Positions 9,398-16,633 of a stretch of 33,836 nt of DNA are shown here, piece after piece. The stretch lies in the NCBI GenBank assembly GCA_005878415.1, contig VBMM01000029.1, positions 1 to 33,836 on the forward strand, written 5' to 3'. Source of the stretch: Methanobacteriota archaeon (GTDB taxonomy: Archaea; Thermoplasmatota; Thermoplasmata; RBG-16-68-12). How positions within the stretch are numbered: position 1 is the first letter of the stretch; each line of letters opens with the position of its first letter. The notes beneath the pieces are model-generated. The model worked only from the letters and a program-made list of their open reading frames with translations. It was not told the DNA's origin and did no database searches. The position numbers were made by a program, and so were the translations under genes.

Positions 9398-9485
9398 GGC
9401 CCCAAGAGGGCCGCGTCGCGGCATAACCTTTTGGCGGCGGCAAAACCCTTATTGGACAGCCGCGTTAGACGGCCGGGTTGAGACG

Positions 9486-10046
9486 ATGGAACTGAAACAG
9501 TACGAAGGCTTACCCCTCGGTTCGGCGGCGATCGACTTCTCCCTTCCCGGCGTGGACGGGAAGACGCACTCGCTGTCATCGTTCAAGGACAAGCGGATCC
9601 TCGTCGTCGCGTTCTGGTGCAACCATTGCCCATACGTGCAGGCGTGGGAGGACCGGGCGGTCGCGGCGCAACGAGAGTACGCAGGAAAAGGGGTCCAGTT
9701 CGTGATGATCAACGCGAACGACGAAGCGAGCTACCCGGAGGACGATTTCTCTCACATGGTCGAGCGCGCCAAGATGAAAGGATACAACTTCCCGTACCTT
9801 CGGGATGAGAGCCAGAAAGTCGTCGAAGCGTATGGCGGCGTCTGCACGCCCGATTTCTTCGTCTTCGACGCCGCGCGCAAACTTCGGTACCGGGGGAAGT
9901 TCGACGACTCGAAAGAGCCGCGCGGGGTGACGCATCAGTACATGCGGGAGGTCTTCGACCGCTTGCTCGCGGGCCAGGAACCCCCCGTGACGTTCGTCCC
10001 ACCGATGGGCTGCTCGATCAAGTGGAAGGCAGACCACTGGAAGTAG
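9486..10046 (+). CDS. Thioredoxin-like AhpC/TSA family protein
   Basis: DFSLPGVDGK, CNHCPYV, YPEDDF, FPYLRDESQ, CTPDFFVFD, YRGKFDD, GCSIKW. Confidence 0.92.
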   Translation: MELKQYEGLPLGSAAIDFSLPGVDGKTHSLSSFKDKRILVVAFWCNHCPYVQAWEDRAVAAQREYAGKGVQFVMINANDEASYPEDDFSHMVERAKMKGYNFPYLRDESQKVVEAYGGVCTPDFFVFDAARKLRYRGKFDDSKEPRGVTHQYMREVFDRLLAGQEPPVTFVPPMGCSIKWKADHWK

Positions 10047-10070
10047 TCCCCACGACGGACGCTACAATCG

Positions 10071-10865
10071 TCAGCGTCGGGCGCGACGATTGCGCGTTGC
10101 CCGTGGCTTCGCCTTCGGCCGCCTCGCGAGGACCCCGAGCCGCCACTCGAGGAACGAGTACACCGCGGCGAGATTCCCCCGCCGGTCGTACTCGGTGCAG
10201 ATGCGAGCTGTCTCATCCGGATCGGCTTGGAGCTCTCGCACGAACTTCTCGACCGTGGGGAGGGCGCGGCGAACTTCGTCGACGATTGGCACCGATGCCA
10301 TCCGCGATGTGCGGGAGAGCGGGTTCAGGTCGATGCTGATGACGGTCTTTCCCATGCGCACGAGCGCCTCGGTCCGGTCGCCGTCTTCCAGGGGAACGAG
10401 GACGACGTCCGCGCGGTAGATCCCGCGCCGGTGGGCGAGAGCGCGCTTCGATTCAAGATGCGGAATCGTCGCGTCCGGTCGGAGACCCAAGACCGTCGGC
10501 GCCCCGGCGTCTCGCATGATCCGGACGATTCGACGCACCCGCGCGTCCGACCGGTGGAAGAGATTGACTTCGACGACGGCCGGGAGGCGCTTCGCGAGTC
10601 GCGCGACTTCGGAGGAAGCGAGCGCCGCGACGTTCCCGTTCACGGAGATCACGGGCCGCTTCGCCCGGACGAGGAACGCCGCGGCCGCCTTCTCGGCCAC
10701 GAGGGCCGGCGCGGTCGTCTCTTCCCCGAGGAGGTAATCGAACGCTTCGCCGCGACCGTGGGCGATGAGTCCTTCCGGGACCACAATGCCGGCCTTCCAG
10801 GCCCGGACGAGTTTCTCCCTTCGGATCAGGGACTCGTACCGCGGGTGTGACTTCGGAATCCTCAT
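10071..10865 (-). CDS. pps: 4-phosphopantoate--beta-alanine ligase (archaeal phosphopantothenate synthetase)
   Basis: IPKSHPRYESL, GLIAHGRGEAFDYLLGE, VISVNGN, EVNLFHRS, VPLEDGDR, IDLNPLSRT. Its ATG overlaps the upstream stop (ATGA). Confidence 0.95.
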   Translation of the reverse strand: MRIPKSHPRYESLIRREKLVRAWKAGIVVPEGLIAHGRGEAFDYLLGEETTAPALVAEKAAAAFLVRAKRPVISVNGNVAALASSEVARLAKRLPAVVEVNLFHRSDARVRRIVRIMRDAGAPTVLGLRPDATIPHLESKRALAHRRGIYRADVVLVPLEDGDRTEALVRMGKTVISIDLNPLSRTSRMASVPIVDEVRRALPTVEKFVRELQADPDETARICTEYDRRGNLAAVYSFLEWRLGVLARRPKAKPRATRNRRARR

Positions 10866-11917
10866 AGCATCGACCGGATTCGCTCGACGAACTTGCCGCA
10901 TCCGTGCCAGAGCGGGTCCGCGGCCGGCAAGCCGTACTGCGCCTCCCACTCCCGCACGGTGGCCTCGACCTCCTCGCGCGTCATGTTCTCGTGGTTGATG
11001 CCCAGCCCGAAGACCTTCGCGCCGCGCGAGAAGAATTCCAGCCAGCGCATCTCCTCCTCCGCGGTCGGCATCGGCCATGCGACGACATCGCGCCGGAAGC
11101 TCCGCGTCTTGCGAGCGGGCGCATGCATCATCACGATGCCCGACGGCATCGACGCGTTGATGATCGCGCGGCTCCCGCATACGTAGGCGGGATGGGAGAT
11201 GCTCCCTTGGCCCTCGACTACGATGACCTTCGGCTTCGTCTCGGCGTACGCGCGGACGATTTCCGACTCGAGTTCACCGACCATAAAATCGCCCTTAATG
11301 GAGTCGAGGGGGACGCCGTAGGCCGAGCCTTGCAACAGGCCGGTCTGTCCGGTCGCGACGAAGGTCGCCGGGAGGCCTACGGCGTTCAGGGCGTCGGTCA
11401 GAAGGAGGGCCGTCGTCCGCTTGCCAATCGCTCCGTCGGTCCCGAGCACCGGGATCCGAAGGCACGGAAGGCCCCTCGACAGGTCGCTGAACTGCTTCGA
11501 CTCGCGGATCGGGCGCGGCTTCCGGACGTCGATCAGGTGGACCCCGTGGCGTGCCGCGAGCGCCGCGAACTCGGGGTCGTCGCCCAGGTACTCGTGGAGC
11601 CCTGCGACGACGTTCAGGCCCCGCTCGATCGCGTGCCGGATGACCGCTCGGAACTCGGCCGGGATATACCCGCCGAACGTCGCGACGCCGATCACGAGGC
11701 ACTCCGGTCGGCCTCTCTCGATCGCCTCATCAAGGGTCGCGACGATCGGGATGCCGTTCGGGCGGCCGTCCAAGAGATCGCCGGCATCCCGGCCCGCCTT
11801 CGTTCGGTCGATCACGGCGGTGATCTCGTACCGTTTCGAATATCGCACGAGGCCGTTCGCGGTCTTTCCCGTGTTCTGGCCGAAATAGCCGTCGCACAGG
11901 ATCACGGCCCGCTCCAT
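10862..11917 (-). CDS. DUF1611 family P-loop protein (DgcN-like)
   Basis: GKTANGLVRYS, GVATFGG, GLHEYL, GTDGAIGKRTT, ATGQTG, VEGQGSISHPAY. Start likely ATG 11917 with a GAGGG RBS. Confidence 0.88.
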   Translation of the reverse strand: MERAVILCDGYFGQNTGKTANGLVRYSKRYEITAVIDRTKAGRDAGDLLDGRPNGIPIVATLDEAIERGRPECLVIGVATFGGYIPAEFRAVIRHAIERGLNVVAGLHEYLGDDPEFAALAARHGVHLIDVRKPRPIRESKQFSDLSRGLPCLRIPVLGTDGAIGKRTTALLLTDALNAVGLPATFVATGQTGLLQGSAYGVPLDSIKGDFMVGELESEIVRAYAETKPKVIVVEGQGSISHPAYVCGSRAIINASMPSGIVMMHAPARKTRSFRRDVVAWPMPTAEEEMRWLEFFSRGAKVFGLGINHENMTREEVEATVREWEAQYGLPAADPLWHGCGKFVERIRSML

Positions 11918-11961
11918 CGAACCAATCCCTCGTGATAACGGCGGGCGAAAGTCCATAATCT

Positions 11962-11970
11962 CGTATAAAG
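11962..11970. promoter_or_regulatory. AT-rich TATA-like element in the divergent DUF1611 / large-membrane-protein promoter region
   Basis: GTATAAAG on +, CTTTATAC on -; the clearest TATA-like run in the 160-nt divergent spacer. Confidence 0.5.
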
Positions 11971-12079
11971 GCTAGTCGCGCAGGCGATCCGTGATGGTCG
12001 CAGGATTCCGCCGCAGGGAGAGGGCACCCTCCGTCCTCGCTTCCGAGCGGGAGCGGGTCGTCCGCCGGGAGCGCCTTCG

Positions 12080-15000
12080 TTGAGCGCCCGCGTCGAGGAC
12101 TTCCCGCCGTGCAGCGCCTGCGGCGGCAAGCTGTTCCCGCTCGTCCTCTGCGATTCGTGCGGTGCCGCGTCGATCCTCCACGACGCGGACCAGCTCGACT
12201 GGGCCGCCCCGTGTCCGGAGTGCGGGACGTTCAATCCGTGGCAGGTCATCTGCGACCAGTGCCACTCCCGATTCCCCGCGCCCGGCGGCGCCGCGGAAGC
12301 GCCCGAGAAGCCGCGCGACACGTCGGAGCCGGAAGCTCCCCTCGCCGGCCCACCGCAACCGCCCCCCGCCATCGTCGCGGAAGGCCGCCCCAAGCGCAAG
12401 CTCCGCGGGGAGGTCGACCCGACTGCGGTCCTGGACACCCTGAAGGCGTTCGGCCTGGACCCGTCCCGCGCGCAGGCGCTGGTCGGCCGAGGCTACAACG
12501 CGCTATGGAAGATCGCCCGGGCGAAGGAAGTCAATCTCGGCCGGATTCCGGAGGTCGGACCGCTCGCCGCCCGAAAGATCTTCGCATCGCTCCAGTTGCT
12601 GAAGTATTCCCCCCCGCCGCGGACGAGGGAGGAAGTCGCGAAACAGGAGTATGAATGCCCGCTCTGCGGCTGCGTCACCTCCGCCTTCGCTCCGTCGTGC
12701 TCCGAGTGCGGCACCGCCTTCGACGAGGAAGAAATGGACGAGCAGATCCGGGGGCAATTTGCCGCGCAGGGAGAGGCCGGACTCCTCGCGTTCTACGACG
12801 GCCGACTCGCCGACAAACCCGAAGACCCGGACATCCTGTACGCGCGCGGCCTATTCCTCGAATCCCTCGGCCGGATTGATGAGGCGATCGACTCGCTCGA
12901 CCGCGCCCGATCCCGGGCGCCGGACACCCGCAAGTTCAAGGTCGCCCTCCTGCGGATCCAAGCCACCCAAGCCCGCAAGCCCGAGCTGGCCGAGAAAATC
13001 CGGTCCACCGCCACCTCCCTCCTCGACGACGTCTTCTGGGATCAGGAGGTCGCGGAGCTGGACGACGTCATCGCCCGCGCCGGCCCGGTCTGCGACCAAT
13101 GCGGTCGGCCTTTGCCGGAGGACGCGGACCGGTGCCCGGCGTGTGGGGCCGCGGTCGGCGGTGCCCCGGAAGCGGCGCCGGCGGCGCGGGCCGAGCCTCC
13201 ATCCCCCGAGCTCGACACCTTGGTCGACGACCTGCTCGTCGGCGAGCTCGAGGAATCCCTATCCTCGGAGGAACTCGACCGCACGAAGGCCGCGGTGCTC
13301 GACTGGCTGATCCAGGAACTCGAGGAGTCGATGCGGCCCGAGGAAAAGGCCCTCCCGATTCCCGAGAAGGAACCAGGGGAGACCGGGGCCCCGGCGGCGT
13401 CCCCTCTCGCGTCGTCCGTCGGCTTCCTCTCAGGCTGGATGCGGGGCAGCCGAGGGCTCGTCAGCGGCGTCCGTCCGAAGAGCGGGGCCCGTCCGGCGAC
13501 GGGCAAGGTGAACGGCCTCGTGAACGGCATGGGCCGCGTCAATGGACTCGTGAACGGGATGGGTCGGGTCAACGGGCTCGTCGAACCCGGGGGCCGCGTG
13601 AACGGTCTCGCCCGCGGACGGGTGAACGGCCTCGCCGGAGCCCAGGGCCGGATCAACGGGCTCGTGAACGGGACGCAGTTCGTGCGATCCGGAAGGTCGC
13701 CCGCGCAGCTCATGGGCCCGTCCCGTCGCGTGCGGTACGCGGCCATCGCCTCCGGGACGCTGGTCGCCATCGTAATCGCCGCCCTCCTGTTCGTCCCGGT
13801 CCCCGGCCCGACATCTCCGATCTCCATCGACGGCTCCTTCGCCGACTGGGGGCCGGTCCCGAAGTTCGACGCCGCGACCCAGGCGACGAATCCCGATATC
13901 TCCATCGCCCAGTACGCGTCGCTGTTCGATCGCGACTCCCTATACCTCTTCGCCTCGACGCAAGGGTCGACGTTCGGCGATTCGGGCGGATTCGACGGCG
14001 CATACTTCCTGATCGATGCGGACGGAAACGCATCGACGGGCCTGTCGTTCGACGGGATCGGGGCGGATTCGGTCGTCGACCTGTTCGGCGGGAATCACTC
14101 GCTCGCCGGTGCGCGGCTGTACTCCTTCCCAGCCGGGGCCGAGGTCAATTGGAGCCAGCGGCAGCCGCGAGGATCCGTGTCGGCGGCATCCTCCGGTCAA
14201 GGCGTGGAGGCGAAGGTCTCGAGGTACGACATCGACCGATTCGATCCCGCAAACTTCCGGATCCTGGTGTACATGGACGACTTCCGCGGGGAATCGAGTC
14301 GCAGCCTCGCTCGTCTCGGCCCGGAGGGCGGAGCCGTCCTCCTCGAGGTGGCGTCGTTGACATCCGTCCTGAACGCGGGTCCGACCCCGCTCTTCACGAT
14401 CCGGGTCCGCGCGCTCGGCATCCCCGCCGCCACAACGTGGGCCGCATCGTCGATCCAGTTGAACGCTACCCCCGGCGTCTTCGTATCCCTCTCAGCGGAA
14501 TCCGTAACCTTGACCCAGGGCCAGCCGGCTCCCGTGATCACGGCGTCGGTCTCGGCCCCGGGATTTTTGCCCGGGCAATCCGTCCAAGTCGACGTGACCG
14601 GGGCGTCGGCGAGTAACGGAGCGTTCGCCCCTCTGCCCGTCTTCGTGCACGGCGGGCCCGTCCGCGCCTACTTCGTTTCCTCGCCGTCCGTGGTACGGAT
14701 CGACGGCCTCTTCGCGGACTGGGTCGGACGGGACGTCCCCGATTCGGACCCAAGTCCCGTCAACGATTCGAATGTGAACATCGTCCGGTACGGCGCGGCG
14801 GTGGACGCGTCGACCGCCTATTTCCACGTCGCCGTCGCCGGCGACTTGCTCGAGGGCGCGGTCCCGGAGCGGATCGTGCCGTGGCCTCCCGGCCAGGGAG
14901 GAAACACATCCGGCCGACCGATTCCTCTTCCTCGCCAGACGGGGGAAGACGTCCTCCGCGTCTACATCGACCTGAACGCGACGGACACGAAGGGGACATG

Positions 15001-15388
15001 GATCGGTGGGATCTACGCCGACTACCTGTTCGAGGTCCGAGGCGAAGGAGGTCGGATCACGTCCCGCTCCTTGTCCATCTGGTCGTCCGGATGGACGAAC
15101 GTCCCTCTCCCCGGTGTGGCCCTCGCGAAGGACGACGTCGAGATCGAAGGCTCGCTTGTGATCGGGCCGACGACGAACCGCACGCAGATGGTCTTCGCGG
15201 CGACGGACTGGTCCGGGATCGGCGACACGACTCCGCCGGTGAACGCGACCGTGCAAGCGCCGGCTCCTCTCTTCGAGACCCCCGGAGGGGTGATCAACGC
15301 GCCCGAGTTCCAGGAGCTGGCTTTGCCCGCGCTCGCCACGGTAATCCTCGTCTCCTTCCTGGCGCGCCGACGTCGACGCGGCGAGTGA
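12080..15388 (+). CDS. Large multidomain membrane protein: Zn-ribbons, HhH, TPR, (V/I)NG repeats, TM helix, extracellular beta-rich region, PEF-CTERM-like tail
   Basis: 1102 aa with eight CxxC motifs; HhH-like LGRIPEVGPLAARKI; TPR-like ILYARGLFLESLGRIDEAIDSLDRA; TM at about 13736-13801; two IDGxFADW motifs; C-terminal APEF + hydrophobic helix + RRRRR. TTG start with GGGAG RBS. Confidence 0.85.
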   Translation: MSARVEDFPPCSACGGKLFPLVLCDSCGAASILHDADQLDWAAPCPECGTFNPWQVICDQCHSRFPAPGGAAEAPEKPRDTSEPEAPLAGPPQPPPAIVAEGRPKRKLRGEVDPTAVLDTLKAFGLDPSRAQALVGRGYNALWKIARAKEVNLGRIPEVGPLAARKIFASLQLLKYSPPPRTREEVAKQEYECPLCGCVTSAFAPSCSECGTAFDEEEMDEQIRGQFAAQGEAGLLAFYDGRLADKPEDPDILYARGLFLESLGRIDEAIDSLDRARSRAPDTRKFKVALLRIQATQARKPELAEKIRSTATSLLDDVFWDQEVAELDDVIARAGPVCDQCGRPLPEDADRCPACGAAVGGAPEAAPAARAEPPSPELDTLVDDLLVGELEESLSSEELDRTKAAVLDWLIQELEESMRPEEKALPIPEKEPGETGAPAASPLASSVGFLSGWMRGSRGLVSGVRPKSGARPATGKVNGLVNGMGRVNGLVNGMGRVNGLVEPGGRVNGLARGRVNGLAGAQGRINGLVNGTQFVRSGRSPAQLMGPSRRVRYAAIASGTLVAIVIAALLFVPVPGPTSPISIDGSFADWGPVPKFDAATQATNPDISIAQYASLFDRDSLYLFASTQGSTFGDSGGFDGAYFLIDADGNASTGLSFDGIGADSVVDLFGGNHSLAGARLYSFPAGAEVNWSQRQPRGSVSAASSGQGVEAKVSRYDIDRFDPANFRILVYMDDFRGESSRSLARLGPEGGAVLLEVASLTSVLNAGPTPLFTIRVRALGIPAATTWAASSIQLNATPGVFVSLSAESVTLTQGQPAPVITASVSAPGFLPGQSVQVDVTGASASNGAFAPLPVFVHGGPVRAYFVSSPSVVRIDGLFADWVGRDVPDSDPSPVNDSNVNIVRYGAAVDASTAYFHVAVAGDLLEGAVPERIVPWPPGQGGNTSGRPIPLPRQTGEDVLRVYIDLNATDTKGTWIGGIYADYLFEVRGEGGRITSRSLSIWSSGWTNVPLPGVALAKDDVEIEGSLVIGPTTNRTQMVFAATDWSGIGDTTPPVNATVQAPAPLFETPGGVINAPEFQELALPALATVILVSFLARRRRRGE
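13502..13672 (+). repeat. Intragenic peptide repeat, 9 copies of (V/I)NG in G(R/K)VNGL(VNG) units
   Basis: GKVNGLVNGMGRVNGLVNGMGRVNGLVEPGGRVNGLARGRVNGLAGAQGRINGLVNG. Synonymous codons vary between copies. Confidence 0.9.
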
Positions 15389-15441
15389 GTCGTCCGCGGG
15401 ACCCGACAAGGTACTTGTGCCGGTAGACCGATGGTCACTCC

Positions 15442-16632
15442 GTGGAGTTGGGGGTCGTTGGGAAACCGAACGTCGGGAAGTCGACGTTCTTCGCGGCGGC
15501 GACGCTGGCGCCGGTGCAGATCGCAAACTACCCCTTCACGACGATCGACGCGAACCGAGGCGTCGAATACGTGCGCAAGCCGTGCCCGCACGTCGAAATC
15601 GGACGACCGTGCAAGCCGAACAACGCGCCGTGCAAGGACGGCACGCGCCTCATCCCCGTCGAGCTCCTCGACGTCGCGGGGCTCGTGCCCAAAGCCCACG
15701 AAGGCCGCGGCCTCGGCAACAAGTTCCTGGATGACCTGCGACAGGCGAGCGCCCTCGTCCATGTGATCGACGCGACGGGCGGGACGGACTTCGAAGGGAA
15801 CCCCGTCCTTATCGGGACCCACGACCCGCTCGACGATGTGCGGTTCCTGGAGGACGAGCTCGCGCATTGGATCGCGGGCATCCTGTCCCGGAACTGGGAC
15901 AAGGAGGCACGCCGGGCGGACCTCGACGAGATGCCGCCGGAGAAGCTCCTCCAGACGCGGCTGACGGGCCTCGGCCTCACGGAAATCCAGATCCACTTCG
16001 CCTTGCGCGAGATTCCCCTGGATCCCAAGATGGCCCGATGGACCGCGGGGGACCTCCTGCGGATCGCGCGGACGATCCTCCGCCGCGGCAAGCCGACGAT
16101 CCTCGCGGCAAACAAGGCGGACCTCCTTCCCCGAGAGGCGCTCGATCGCTTTGCGAAGATCGAAGGCTACCGCACGATCCCGACGTCCGCGGAGTATGAA
16201 CTCGCGTTACGACGCGCCACGGGGGCCGGCCTCATCGCGTACGAGCCGGGCGCGTCGGCGTTCCGGGTCCTAGCTCCGGAGAAGCTCACGCCGGCGCAGG
16301 CGAAGGGGCTCGAGCGGATCGAACTCTTCCTCCGAGAACGCGGGTCGACGGGCGTCCAGGCGTGCGTCGAGGAGGCAATCTTCAAGCTCCTCGATCTCAT
16401 CGTTGTGTATCCGGTGGAAGACGAACACCATTGGACGGACAAGGCGGGAAACGTCCTCCCGGACGCGTTCCTCGTGCCCCGCGGCGCCACCGCGGTCGAC
16501 GTAGCCTTTAAGGTTCACACGGACTTGGGCACCCACTTCATCCGCGCCATCAACGCCCGCACGAAGATGGTGGTGGGCCGGGACCACCCGGTCCAGGATG
16601 GGGACGTCCTCAAGATCGTGGCGAAGGTGTGA
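15442..16632 (+). CDS. ychF: Obg-family YchF/OLA1-like translation-associated NTPase with TGS domain
   Basis: GKPNVGKST, NYPFTTI, DVAGLV, GLGNKFLDDLRQA, ANKAD, C-terminal TGS LPDAFL...VHTDL. Confidence 0.93.
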   Translation: MELGVVGKPNVGKSTFFAAATLAPVQIANYPFTTIDANRGVEYVRKPCPHVEIGRPCKPNNAPCKDGTRLIPVELLDVAGLVPKAHEGRGLGNKFLDDLRQASALVHVIDATGGTDFEGNPVLIGTHDPLDDVRFLEDELAHWIAGILSRNWDKEARRADLDEMPPEKLLQTRLTGLGLTEIQIHFALREIPLDPKMARWTAGDLLRIARTILRRGKPTILAANKADLLPREALDRFAKIEGYRTIPTSAEYELALRRATGAGLIAYEPGASAFRVLAPEKLTPAQAKGLERIELFLRERGSTGVQACVEEAIFKLLDLIVVYPVEDEHHWTDKAGNVLPDAFLVPRGATAVDVAFKVHTDLGTHFIRAINARTKMVVGRDHPVQDGDVLKIVAKV

Positions 16633-16633
16633 G

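Noticed and set aside
13502..13672. GTGAACGG-type DNA repeats as a CRISPR array or VNTR
   Set aside because: Units are short, in frame, vary at synonymous positions and have no unique spacers; no cas genes. It is a peptide repeat.
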